Source of the DNA: Williopsis jadinii
Lineage: Eukaryota
Reading direction: 5' to 3'
DNA: 64,000 bases
NCBI GenBank assembly: GCA_024346625.1
Contig: AP024666.1
Span: 1,364,001 to 1,428,000, forward strand
In this document: in pieces, positions 1 through 9,375 of the stretch
Numbering within the stretch: the stretch's first letter is position 1
Layout: every line of letters starts with the position of its first letter
Notes under the pieces: generated by a model
The model's input: the letters and a program-made list of their open reading frames with translations, nothing else
What the model was told of the DNA's origin: nothing
The model's database searches: none
Position numbers and translations under genes: made by a program

Positions 1-5
1 TAAGG

Positions 6-13
6 CCGGGTAA
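6..13 (+). promoter_or_regulatory. Reb1-type site (CCGGGTAA) upstream of RAP1
   Basis: Exact match to the Reb1 consensus, about 200 bp upstream of the RAP1 ATG, followed by A-rich tracts. Confidence 0.55.
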
Positions 14-212
14 CGCCTGTGGAACACATGCTCCACCGCGGAAAGAGCAAAAAGAAACGGAAAATCCGACCACAAAAATCGACACACAAAAACGAAAACG
101 AAAACTTCCACACACCAAACATCCCCAAACAAACCTCAACACCAACCTCTCTTGATTCTGCAACACAGGCATTATGAAAAGAGAGCAAAGTGGATTGGAA
201 AACCATACCCAA

Positions 213-2202
213 ATGACAGAGGAGAACATCGACGCGTCTTTGCTTGAGTGAGTTTATCGGTGGTGAGGCCATTGGAGGCGGAATGGTGTAGAAAAAGGGG
301 GTGTGAGGGGGAGAGCTTGAACCCACGCTTTGTTTACGCTTTGTTTACGCTTTGTTTACGCTTTGTTTACGCCTTGTTTACCCTTTGTTTACGCTTTTTC
401 GAACACTGGCACGCTTGCAAAACAACACTAACACCCGCTATAGACAAGACACAAGTGCCCTATTCGTCCAGGATAGTAAGCCACTTGAGTTCTTCATCCC
501 AACCACAGAAGATGGCCGTATCAACTTGATTAACCTGATCACCTCCCACGGCGGGAAGGTTGTGGAGGAGGCTTCTCAAGGTTATTACTTGTCAAAATTC
601 GGTGATGCTCATCGTGACGTTATCGATCCTAAATTCGTGTTGGATTCCGTGGAGAAGAAACGGATCCAAAGCTTGAACTCCTATAAGGTGGCCACGTATG
701 ACGATTCATCGAATTCAGATGCTGTTGCCGCCGCCGCCGCCGCTGCCGCCGCTGCAAAGGCTGCCACTGAGGTCTCTGAACAGAACGATGCTTCAAAGGC
801 CACCACAGATGATGCTGGTGTTGTCCAGCACCTGGTGACTTTCATCCAGTCGAATGACGGGTCCGGCAGGGCTAATGATGATCAACAGCAAGGTGACGAG
901 CTTGATAAGCTTCGTGAAGAACGTATGAACGCTGCCTCAGCAGTCAAGGAGGGAAGCTTCGTTTCCAAGGCCGATCGCATCAACTTACACAACAAGAATG
1001 GATTCACGAGACAAGAAGATGATATGATTTTGGAAGAAGTTCGTAAAAACCCTCACCGTCGCTCAACCCACAAGTTATTCCACGAAATTGCAGAAAAGAT
1101 TGGAAGACATACTGGTAATTCTATCCGTTACAGATTCAGAACCCATCTACAGAACGAGTTGAAATACGTCTACAAGACGGATGATGAAGGTAACTTGATT
1201 ACAGACTCTGTGGGTAAATACATCCCAACCGAAGCAATGCCTTCAACGATGAAGAACAAATTCACAGCAAGGGATGATTATACGCTTGCCAAAGCCGTTA
1301 TGGATAATATAGCTGATAGACCAGAGTCTACTCCAGATGACGCAAGAGATCTTGTTTTACCAGGGAAATTCTTTGAACAGATGGCGAAGGACCATCCAAA
1401 CCATACAAGGGCAGCATGGAGAGATAGATACAGAAAGTTTGTCGTTCCATACGGTGTGGATAAGTACCTTTCATACTATGAGGATGAACTCAGTGCAAAC
1501 CGTGTTCCTGAAGAGATTAAAAACTTTACGGGAAGACACTTGTACAAATCAGCAAAGAAAAATAAGGCAAACGATGCCGAGCTCGATACCGTTGTCGGTG
1601 AAAGTCTGTTGAGACATAACAACCAGTTGCAACAGAGTCAAGGCAAGAGAAGAAGACTCAATGGCTCTTCTGAATCAGATGCTTCTAACCTGTTCTTGCA
1701 CGGTGATCAAGCTGAGATTGCTGGTATGCTTGAATCTCAAGCAGCAGCAGCAGTTGCCGCAGCAAGTGCATCTAATATCCATCCAAACATTGAAAACCAA
1801 TTGACTGACGATTTGGTCACCCAAAAGTTCTTTGAATTCCATCCTTTGAATACCGTTGTTGACAAAATCAGGGAAATCGTCGGACGTAACTTTGCTTCTG
1901 AAGAAGCCGAAGAGTTGATCAATGCCTTGTACAGCGAAGCTGGTATACAAAAGAAGTTTGGTATGTTCATCATTGCCAGTGTATGTGGTGACTTAACTCT
2001 TATCCCAGACTACATTGAACAGTTTTTGAAAACTGCTCAAAACCCTCCAGTTGACATCCATGGTATTTGGACAAAGAGAGACGACGAGTTGTTAAAGAAA
2101 GCCGATGAGGGTGATAAGGAGGCCCTAGAGTTTGTCATCAAGCTTCACGGCGACAAGAGATGTGATTTGAGAAGAACGTTTATGACTGATCATGTGGGTT
2201 GA
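213..2202 (+). CDS. RAP1: Repressor/activator protein Rap1 (BRCT, two Myb-like domains, C-terminal RCT); exons 213-247 and 444-2202, 597 aa
   Basis: HNKNGFTRQEDDMIL, HTGNSIRYRFR, KNKFTARDDY, HTRAAWRDRYRKF and C-terminal GIWTKRDD motifs. ATG at 213, GTGAGT at 248, CACTAAC at 426-432, TAG at 441-443; splicing restores the frame (LLE-QDTSALF). Confidence 0.95.
248..443 (+). other. Spliceosomal intron of RAP1 (196 nt)
   Basis: GTGAGT donor, CACTAAC branch point, TAG acceptor, in-frame junction. Confidence 0.88.
325..397 (+). repeat. 11-bp tandem repeat (ACGCTTTGTTT) x about 6.5 inside the RAP1 intron
   Basis: TGTTTAC cores at 331, 342, 353, 364, 375 and 386. Confidence 0.95.
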
Positions 2203-2459
2203 ATGTGAAGTTTCACGCTGCTTTTGTTTTTATTCTGGTTCGGTTATATCTGTATTTTCGTTCTTTCCTTCGCTGTCTTTGCTACAGCCTTCTATTGTTA
2301 GTGATCACTGATCTCCAGCCATGATATTGTGATTTTATTTGATATGTTAATTAACCAATTGTTGAGTTTGACATTGTTCATTGTAGCGTCAGCTTGTGAG
2401 GCACCAACTTTCAAGTGAAAAATATCCGAGGCGTCGGGCCTTCAACTACTAAACCCATA

Positions 2460-3380
2460 ATGAAATATACAGAAACAACCATTAAGGACGTCCATAACTA
2501 CAAGATGGGTTCCAAAGACGTTGACGATTCCAAGAAGGCACAATACGAACAAACTGCCAGCGTCCTCAAAGCTGTGTACACAGATACTGAGTTCGACACC
2601 GGCGATGAGGACTTCCAGATCCTCTCCACGATACGATTCGACCCACTTTTAAGCGACAACATCGACTCTGTGATTGCCTTTGACGATAAAGATGAGAACT
2701 CCAAGTTGTTCTTCCTGTTTGAGGAGCACCTGAGAAGGATTAACCTCTCGCTGATGTATTTCAAGTTTGGATATGAGGTTTCCAGGGACGAGCTCTTGGA
2801 ACAACTAAACACCGTTATGAAGCCCTTGGACAAGTCCAATGCCTACAAATTGAGATTGACTATCGATAAACAGGGATCAATGAACATTGATGTCACCCAA
2901 ATACCGGTTCGCTTAAACTTGTTTGACGGATTCAACCCTCTGCAGAGCTACACGTCGCCAACATGGAACGTGTTCCTCGACGTTGAGCCTATAATGATTT
3001 CACCTTTCACCTCTTTCAAAACAACAAGACGTCAAAGGTATAACGACGCAAGGGAGAGGGTGCTAATCAAGGGCTTTGCAGAACCACAGGAGGTTTTGTT
3101 GTATAACAGTGCCAATCAGATCACAGAGGGCTCAATTACAAACGTTGCATTCAAGAGAACTGACCCGGAAACCTTCACTGAAACATGGTTTACTCCAGTG
3201 CTGGCATCTGGATGTCTATGTGGAGTGGTGAGGCACATGCTACTATCCAAGGGCCTTATCCAAGAGACACAGATCAACCTCAAAGATGTTAAAGTTGGTG
3301 ACGATATCTTGCTATTCAACGGGATCATTGGAGTAGTCAAGGGCAAAATCGTCGATAGATCATTGTCGCTGGCCTTCTAA
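2460..3380 (+). CDS. ABZ2: Aminodeoxychorismate lyase (PLP class IV); start is ATG 2460 or 2505
   Basis: FQILSTIRFDP, SPFTSFKTT, EGSITNVAF, TPVLASGCLCGVVR, LFNGIIGVVKG. Confidence 0.9.
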   Translation: MKYTETTIKDVHNYKMGSKDVDDSKKAQYEQTASVLKAVYTDTEFDTGDEDFQILSTIRFDPLLSDNIDSVIAFDDKDENSKLFFLFEEHLRRINLSLMYFKFGYEVSRDELLEQLNTVMKPLDKSNAYKLRLTIDKQGSMNIDVTQIPVRLNLFDGFNPLQSYTSPTWNVFLDVEPIMISPFTSFKTTRRQRYNDARERVLIKGFAEPQEVLLYNSANQITEGSITNVAFKRTDPETFTETWFTPVLASGCLCGVVRHMLLSKGLIQETQINLKDVKVGDDILLFNGIIGVVKGKIVDRSLSLAF

Positions 3381-3424
3381 GTATGTATATCTGTAGTATT
3401 TTTAATATATACATCGGTGACCAG

Positions 3425-4369
3425 CTATAGGGTCAATTCAGCAATCTCAGCGTCACTGAAGCCCAGAATGTAGAAGATATCACTTATTTGATCGGTGTTC
3501 AACTTTGCCGGAGCCAACTTCTGAACCTTTGGCTTTGCATTCCAAGCAATGCCAAACCCTGCTGTCTCCATCATGAGCAAATCGTTGGAGCCATCACCGA
3601 CAGCAACAACAGATCTCAAGTCGATATCCTCTTCTTCAGCGATGAAGATTGTCAACTCTGCCTTCTTCTCTCCATCAACAATATATCCTTCAGTCTTACC
3701 ATTGAACACCGTTTTCCCCTGGTCATCAACCTCCGTCTGCAAAGTGTTTGCAAAGGCATAGTCCAACCCCAAAGTCTCCTTGACGTAGTTGGCCAATGGG
3801 ATGAATCCACCACTCAGGACAGCCAACTTACAGCCCATTGCCTTCAGACCCTTTACCAGTTCAAAATCACCCTTCGTAAACACCAGCTTCTTCTTCAAAT
3901 CGTCCCAAATGGTACCATCGATGCCCTTCAGCAGGCTCACGCGTCTTGCAAGCGACTCCTTGAAGTCTATGTCACCATTCATCGCCGCAGTGGTGATCTT
4001 CTCCACCTCAGCCTCGACACCGGCATACGCAGCGATGAGCTCAATCACCTCCTGGTAGATGAGAGTGGAATCCATATCGAAGCAGAACAGCCTCTTCTGC
4101 TGTCTAAACTCATCGTTCTTTTGAAAGATCAAGTCAATGCCGGGTAGCACAACGTTGTTCAGCTCATCCTTCAGCTTAGGAACAACTTCTCCTTCCAATG
4201 AGCACCACACCTCGGATCTTATAACGTCCACCTCAAAGTCGTACGCCCGGTCCGTCGACAGAACCCTCGTGTGTTTGATGGTGATTGGAAGGCCCTCAAC
4301 AACCTCCTCCAGTTTGTTCAGCAGCTCAGCGTCTGGCGACCTGGCAATCGCAGTGAGAACGTATGACAT
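3425..4369 (-). CDS. SER2: Phosphoserine phosphatase (HAD family)
   Basis: FDMDSTLIYQEVIE, VLSGGF, AVGDGSNDL motifs. Confidence 0.95.
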   Translation of the reverse strand: MSYVLTAIARSPDAELLNKLEEVVEGLPITIKHTRVLSTDRAYDFEVDVIRSEVWCSLEGEVVPKLKDELNNVVLPGIDLIFQKNDEFRQQKRLFCFDMDSTLIYQEVIELIAAYAGVEAEVEKITTAAMNGDIDFKESLARRVSLLKGIDGTIWDDLKKKLVFTKGDFELVKGLKAMGCKLAVLSGGFIPLANYVKETLGLDYAFANTLQTEVDDQGKTVFNGKTEGYIVDGEKKAELTIFIAEEEDIDLRSVVAVGDGSNDLLMMETAGFGIAWNAKPKVQKLAPAKLNTDQISDIFYILGFSDAEIAELTL

Positions 4370-4583
4370 CTTCCTTAGTTTTCCACCTCCTGAATGTGGT
4401 CTCAGTCCCTGTGTGTGTGTGTTTCTCCGTCTCCTTGGTGATGCTCAAAATTTTTCCGTCCGTTTCGCTTTCTATTTCTCCGGACCGGGACTTTGGGACT
4501 TTTGGGACTTGGAAGAAATAGCGAAGGGCCTAGCAACAGCGACACAGTTGTCTTGAGTCCATTTGCAGTTGTTGAAGTGAAGG

Positions 4584-5563
4584 ATGGCCCGGATTGAAGG
4601 AGACGACGTTGAGCTGCTGAAGGCGTGGATCATGTCCAAGGCCGAGTCCAATTCGGACGCTGAGCCAGATGTGCTGGCGGACTATGTCATTGCGCTGTTG
4701 AACAACGAGCACGGTGCTGATGACGGGCTCGTGGGCGTGCTATCCACGGAGCTGGATGTGTTTGTCCACGATCCAGCGTCGTTTGCACAGGAGGTTGTGA
4801 AGTGTGTTATGGAGAGGTCATTTGTGCCGGCTGAGCAGGGCAAGCTACAAGAAGAGCGTAGTTTCGCCTCAGAATATGGTGAACGTGACTTTCCACCTGG
4901 CCAGAGCAAGCAACAGGCCCAGGGGAAGTCCAGAGGCATTGAAGATTTGATTTCCAAGACAGTGGTTCCTAACTCGACGGAGATTGTCGTTACACACCTC
5001 CCGTCGGATAAGCTCGACAGCTCAAAGCTGCGAGAGTTCTTCTCGAGGTTTGGCGACGTCCACAACGTTGTGGTTGACACTTCGCTCAGAGCAGCTGTGC
5101 TGCAATTTGGCGACCACAGGTCTGCAAAGAAGGCCTGGTCCAGTCCACAGCCCATATTCGACAACAGGTTCATCAAGGTGCACTTTAGACGGGAGCACGA
5201 GCCGGAACCAGCAGAGAAGCCCCTCAACATGGAGGAGTTCAAGCAGCAGCAACTGTTGAAGCAGAGACAGTTCGAAGAAAAGCGCATCAAAAGGCTGGAG
5301 CACGATGCCAAGCTGAAGCAGGTTATCGAACTGAAGGAGAAGATGCTCGAAGGGTTCGAGGCCCAGCTGAAGTCCCTGGAAGAGGAACTCATTGCCCATC
5401 CAGAGAACGAGGTGCAGATTAGAGCTAAAGTTGAACAGATACAGATCAAGATGGTTCAAGAGGGAATAACACCACATGCAATTGACGAGGATAAGGCCAG
5501 GCTGGAAGGAAGACACGCGTTCCCTGCTATCACTAGAGGGTCGAGCCATAGCAGAGGACGAGG

Positions 5564-5599
<36 letters not shown>

Positions 5600-5945
5600 C
5601 CGTGGTGGGTATACAGGATTCTCACCATACACTAGACCTCACTCGTTGGCTGGTCCAAACAGGAAACTGGACCTGCGCACTAAAACCCTGGTTATCAAGG
5701 GCCTGTCAGACCCAGACGACGAAGGTTTCCAAAGAGCCCTCGGTGTCTTTGGTCACCAGTACGTCTCTGAATCATCCAAGCGTGATGACGATTCCATCAA
5801 GGTGACGTTTGTTGATAGGCATTATGCAGAGAGATTCCTCCAGGAGAAAGTGGAATTGGATGGAAGACCACCACTGGAGATGCACTGGGACGAAACTGCC
5901 CGGCTGACAAGGCCCATGTCTCCAGCAGACACAAACACTTGCTGA
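4584..5945 (+). CDS. RBM26/27 (Rmn1)-like RNA-binding protein: PWI, RRM, coiled coil, RG repeat, degenerate second RRM
   Basis: N-terminal LKAWI...DAEPDVLADYVIALL (PWI); RRM ending in PIFDNRFIKVHF; (RG)n tract. Confidence 0.8.
5553..5603 (+). repeat. (GGACGA)n hexamer repeat encoding an RG tract
   Basis: Seen directly; translates to RGRGRGRGRGRGRGRG. Confidence 0.9.
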
Positions 5946-6098
5946 AAGCATGCAAACTGTGTGTTGTTTTGTGTAATTGTACTGCGTGTGTTTATGGCTT
6001 GTTGTGCCTTTGTGCCTATGCCTTGTTGTTCATGATGAAGACCTCTTTGGCACCACAGAGGAAGCACCTGGAAGCCAATTGTACTGTCAAGTGTCACG

Positions 6099-7016
6099 AT
6101 GGACCGCATCAATGGCCAGCTGCCTACAGTGCTCATGCTTGCACTTGGTGTTGTCGGCTCGCTAGTTTCGATAGCGTGGTCCTTTTTGAGGCATTGGCGT
6201 ATCCGGAAGAACATCGAGTTTGAGAGTAGAAGGCAGTATTTCCCCTTGGACTTTGACAATTGCAAGAGGTTCAGGGTGATGAAGCAGCCCGGTGTTGCCT
6301 GGGAGTACGCCGTCATAGACCTGAGTGGAAGTGTTGCGTATACCTTCCACAACCAGGTGATGCAGTCGTGGTGGAGATGGCTTTTCTACGACAAGTGGAC
6401 TCTAAGGGACAGCCAGAAGAGGGAGATTGCCCTGATCACAAAGTTCCGTCTCAACTGGCTCGATGATCAAATGGTGTTCTTTCTGAGGGAACCACAGGGC
6501 CCTTCGCTGATGAACACGGCCAGTGCTACAGAGCCAACTCATATTGGCACGCATTCGCCTGCTCGCCCACTCGTGTATCCCGTTGGCTACGCTATACCAG
6601 TAACACCTTATATTGACCCTGATTTGACGTCAAACAGGGCGATTCACAGGCATGACTTGGGCCCTACGGTTGAGATGCCGGTGCCCTTTGACTTGTTGAA
6701 GCCAGACCAGAGAAGCTCACACAAGTTGAAGATATACTACAACGCTGAACGCCGTCAGGCAACGTTCCAGGTCTCCAGAGGCAGCATCAGATACAAATGG
6801 GTTGCGAACGGCTACCTATACAAGTTTGACAAGTTTGAAGTTGATCCTACAAGCATCCCGGTCGCATTGGTCCAGGTTGGAGGCATTGCAAAGAACCCGA
6901 CTGAATTCATGCTCTACGTCAACGCTGAACTCATCGACGATACAAGTGTGCTATGTACTGCCCTTGTTGGCTTCCTCAATGGCATTTGGACCAAGAGGAA
7001 GTCCTCCTATAATTGA
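6099..7016 (+). CDS. Uncharacterised 305-aa protein with an N-terminal hydrophobic anchor; possible tubby-C/LURP-like beta domain
   Basis: ATG-initiated ORF filling the intergenic space; hydrophobic segment at about residues 8-30; beta-strand-like motifs (EYAVID..GSVAYTF, KWTLRD, RYKW). Confidence 0.7.
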   Translation: MDRINGQLPTVLMLALGVVGSLVSIAWSFLRHWRIRKNIEFESRRQYFPLDFDNCKRFRVMKQPGVAWEYAVIDLSGSVAYTFHNQVMQSWWRWLFYDKWTLRDSQKREIALITKFRLNWLDDQMVFFLREPQGPSLMNTASATEPTHIGTHSPARPLVYPVGYAIPVTPYIDPDLTSNRAIHRHDLGPTVEMPVPFDLLKPDQRSSHKLKIYYNAERRQATFQVSRGSIRYKWVANGYLYKFDKFEVDPTSIPVALVQVGGIAKNPTEFMLYVNAELIDDTSVLCTALVGFLNGIWTKRKSSYN

Positions 7017-7050
7017 AGCATTAGCGAGTGGATTTGAGCCTGTGGTTCCC

Positions 7051-7162
7051 CGTAGCCTGTGTGTCCTCCCGCGTAGCCTGTGTGTCCTCCCGCGTAGCCT
7101 GTGTGTCCTCCCGCGTAGCCTGTGTGTCCTCCCGCGTAGCCTGTGTGTCCCACCGCGTAGCC
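7051..7162 (+). repeat. 21-bp minisatellite (CGTAGCCTGTGTGTCCTCCCG) x about 5.3
   Basis: Four perfect copies at 7051-7134, one variant at 7135-7155, then a partial copy. Confidence 0.95.
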
Positions 7163-7316
7163 CACGGCAGCACAAATTACACACAGATCGTATCGGCGAT
7201 TACTGTGTGTTTTTCTGCCCGGAGAAGATCCACCAGCACAACACCCCCTTTGTTATTATGTCCAAACAGAGATTGAACCTCATTACTGGGCCGCTAGGAG
7301 CAAGCAAACAGCACCA

Positions 7317-9026
7317 ATGACCTCTACGATTCCCTATGATCCAGACGAGTTCGATAACAATCCGTTTGCCGAACCGTCTGGCTCCGTTTTGGGGGGCTCT
7401 GCGATCTCGTCCGCCGCAACTGCCACCACCCCGAAGACCCCACCAAATGAAGGGATAGTTGAAGAACACGCTGCTGAGCCAGACAGCGAGGTCAATGACG
7501 GCTCTCATGACGATGGCAAGTCACACACAGCTGGCTCAAAGGACACGGTGGAAGAAGAGGACGCTAAGCCAACGGAAAGTGCACCAGGCGCTAAGACGTT
7601 GACCCTTATCCCTGAGAGATGTGAGGACCCATCTCTCTACACCATCACGGTGAAGGTGACGAGCCTGGAGAGAAGTGGGTCGTTAGTCAACAAGAAGGAG
7701 AACCCTGCGGTGATATTCGACCTGAGTACGAACATCACGCACTTCCGGAAGAAGCTGTACAAGGGTGTTAAGAAGTCATATGCCGAGTTCCATCTCTTCT
7801 GGAAGTTCCTGAACGGTGCTAACCCTGAGTGCTTTGTTCCAGCTATTCCATTGGCATATACGAACTTCGGTATTCTAAACGAGGAGGATTACAAGAGAAC
7901 GCTTCACAGCTTCCAGGTGTGGTTTAGCAGAATCACGGGGAATCCAATCCTGGTTCGCAATGAGGAGTTTGTATTCTTTGTTGAGAGCGATTTTGGAACG
8001 TACTCTCCAATTCACAAGTCTGAGCTGCCAGCCACGGGGTTGAAGCGGAAGACTTTGAAACAGTTCCAGCCACCATATGACGAAGTGTTGGAGTTGGCCG
8101 AGTTCAGGCCCTTGGTGAAATCCACGTACCAAAACGCCAAATCTTCCATTGAGAAGCTGGAGAAGCTATCCAAGTTGAGGAGACAACTGGGACAGCACGA
8201 GAATGAACTCGGGGCCATGATCGCAGAGCTTTGCGTGCTGGAAACAACACATCCAGGTATGCAGAACATGTGGAAGAAGTTTGGAAAGACTCTGACCACG
8301 GTTGGGGACCTGGATAGTGTGATGGGAAGTTACGAGCTGGCGACACTCGGTGATGGATTACAAGGCATTATAAACGACGGGTACATCATCAAGGAGGCCC
8401 TGACAAATAGACATCTTCTGATGCGGGACCTGATCAACGCACAGGCCACGACCAAGGTGAAGCACGAGTCCGCTCGCAAGTTGAGGAACAAGAGGGACAT
8501 CAACCCCATCAAAGTGGACGAGGCGATCAGATCCCTGGAGGAGGCCACAGGCTACGAGGACGAGCTCTCCAAGAAGATCAAGCGGATCACCGAGGAGATG
8601 CTCATCGAGAAGAAGGAGTACATGGCGCAGCTGGACGAGCAGATCAAGGCTATAATGAGGGACTTTGTCGTCAAGCGGATCGACCATGAGAGACGCAAGC
8701 TGCGTGTGCTGGAGAAGGTCAGAATCGACGTCAGGCTCGTCGACGAGAACGGCGGGCTCGCACGACTCGGCAGAGAGTCCTACCCGCTCACCACCAAGAA
8801 CGTGCTAACGTCGAGCCAAACCCTCGACGGCGACAGCTGGAGCGGCGACCGCAAGGTCTCACACGTCTCCCGTGATCTGTTGAACAACGACGACGACAAC
8901 GACGCCATGGAACACGACGACGCTCAGCACGACTCAGCACAGGCTCAGGCCCCAGACGACGCCGTGGACGAGACGCCGCTCGATGCCCGCAACGCAGCCT
9001 CTCTGCTCGGAGGCAGCACTTTCTAA
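7317..9026 (+). CDS. VPS17: Retromer sorting nexin Vps17 (PX-BAR)
   Basis: N-terminal DNNPFAEP, GANPECFVP, FVESDF, ATGLKRKTLKQF.PPYDE, SSQ..DGDSW, C-terminal ARNAASLLG.STF; adjacent to EFT as in S. cerevisiae. Confidence 0.95.
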   Translation: MTSTIPYDPDEFDNNPFAEPSGSVLGGSAISSAATATTPKTPPNEGIVEEHAAEPDSEVNDGSHDDGKSHTAGSKDTVEEEDAKPTESAPGAKTLTLIPERCEDPSLYTITVKVTSLERSGSLVNKKENPAVIFDLSTNITHFRKKLYKGVKKSYAEFHLFWKFLNGANPECFVPAIPLAYTNFGILNEEDYKRTLHSFQVWFSRITGNPILVRNEEFVFFVESDFGTYSPIHKSELPATGLKRKTLKQFQPPYDEVLELAEFRPLVKSTYQNAKSSIEKLEKLSKLRRQLGQHENELGAMIAELCVLETTHPGMQNMWKKFGKTLTTVGDLDSVMGSYELATLGDGLQGIINDGYIIKEALTNRHLLMRDLINAQATTKVKHESARKLRNKRDINPIKVDEAIRSLEEATGYEDELSKKIKRITEEMLIEKKEYMAQLDEQIKAIMRDFVVKRIDHERRKLRVLEKVRIDVRLVDENGGLARLGRESYPLTTKNVLTSSQTLDGDSWSGDRKVSHVSRDLLNNDDDNDAMEHDDAQHDSAQAQAPDDAVDETPLDARNAASLLGGSTF

Positions 9027-9237
9027 CCACATGTGTATCTAATTGAACTGTATCACCACCAACCATCCAACGCTGAGCTGCCCTGTGTAGCCCTCCGCTG
9101 CGTAACCATCACCGCACGCCCCGGGAACCGTAGCACGGTCCCAGCGTGGCCGCACCGGGAGCGTGCGCTGTGCGTGCGTGTACCGGCTCATTGCCGTTAA
9201 AAATTTTGTGCTTTTGTGGTTTTTGGCCTTTGGCGCA

Positions 9238-9250
9238 TGAAAAAATTTTT
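9238..9250 (+). promoter_or_regulatory. RRPE-like element in the EFT promoter
   Basis: TGAAAAAATTTTT about 130 bp upstream of the ATG; a second AAAAATTTT at 9199-9207. Confidence 0.5.
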
Positions 9251-9375
9251 CCACTTCGCAGACGAAAAACAACACAGCGAAGAGAAGAGAAAAAAATTTC
9301 CCTCCCTTTTCCCTCTTTCTCTTTCTTTGAAATAGTTCCCTTCACTATCGTAATCTCCATAATTAAAACAACAAG

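Noticed and set aside
431..441. ACACCCGC as a Rap1 autoregulatory site in the RAP1 intron
   Set aside because: Only a half match, and it overlaps the branch point/acceptor region
248..529. 93-aa ORF and the MFTLCLRL start of ORF 352-2202
   Set aside because: These read through the RAP1 intron repeat; the real start is ATG 213
7051..7162. CRISPR-like or telomeric interpretation of the 21-bp repeat
   Set aside because: Head-to-tail copies with no spacers in a eukaryotic genome; I cannot match the unit to a known telomere repeat
6802..7320. ORFs with repeated VLPRSLC, RGRTHRL or SSRVACV peptides
   Set aside because: Translations of the stop-free 21-bp minisatellite
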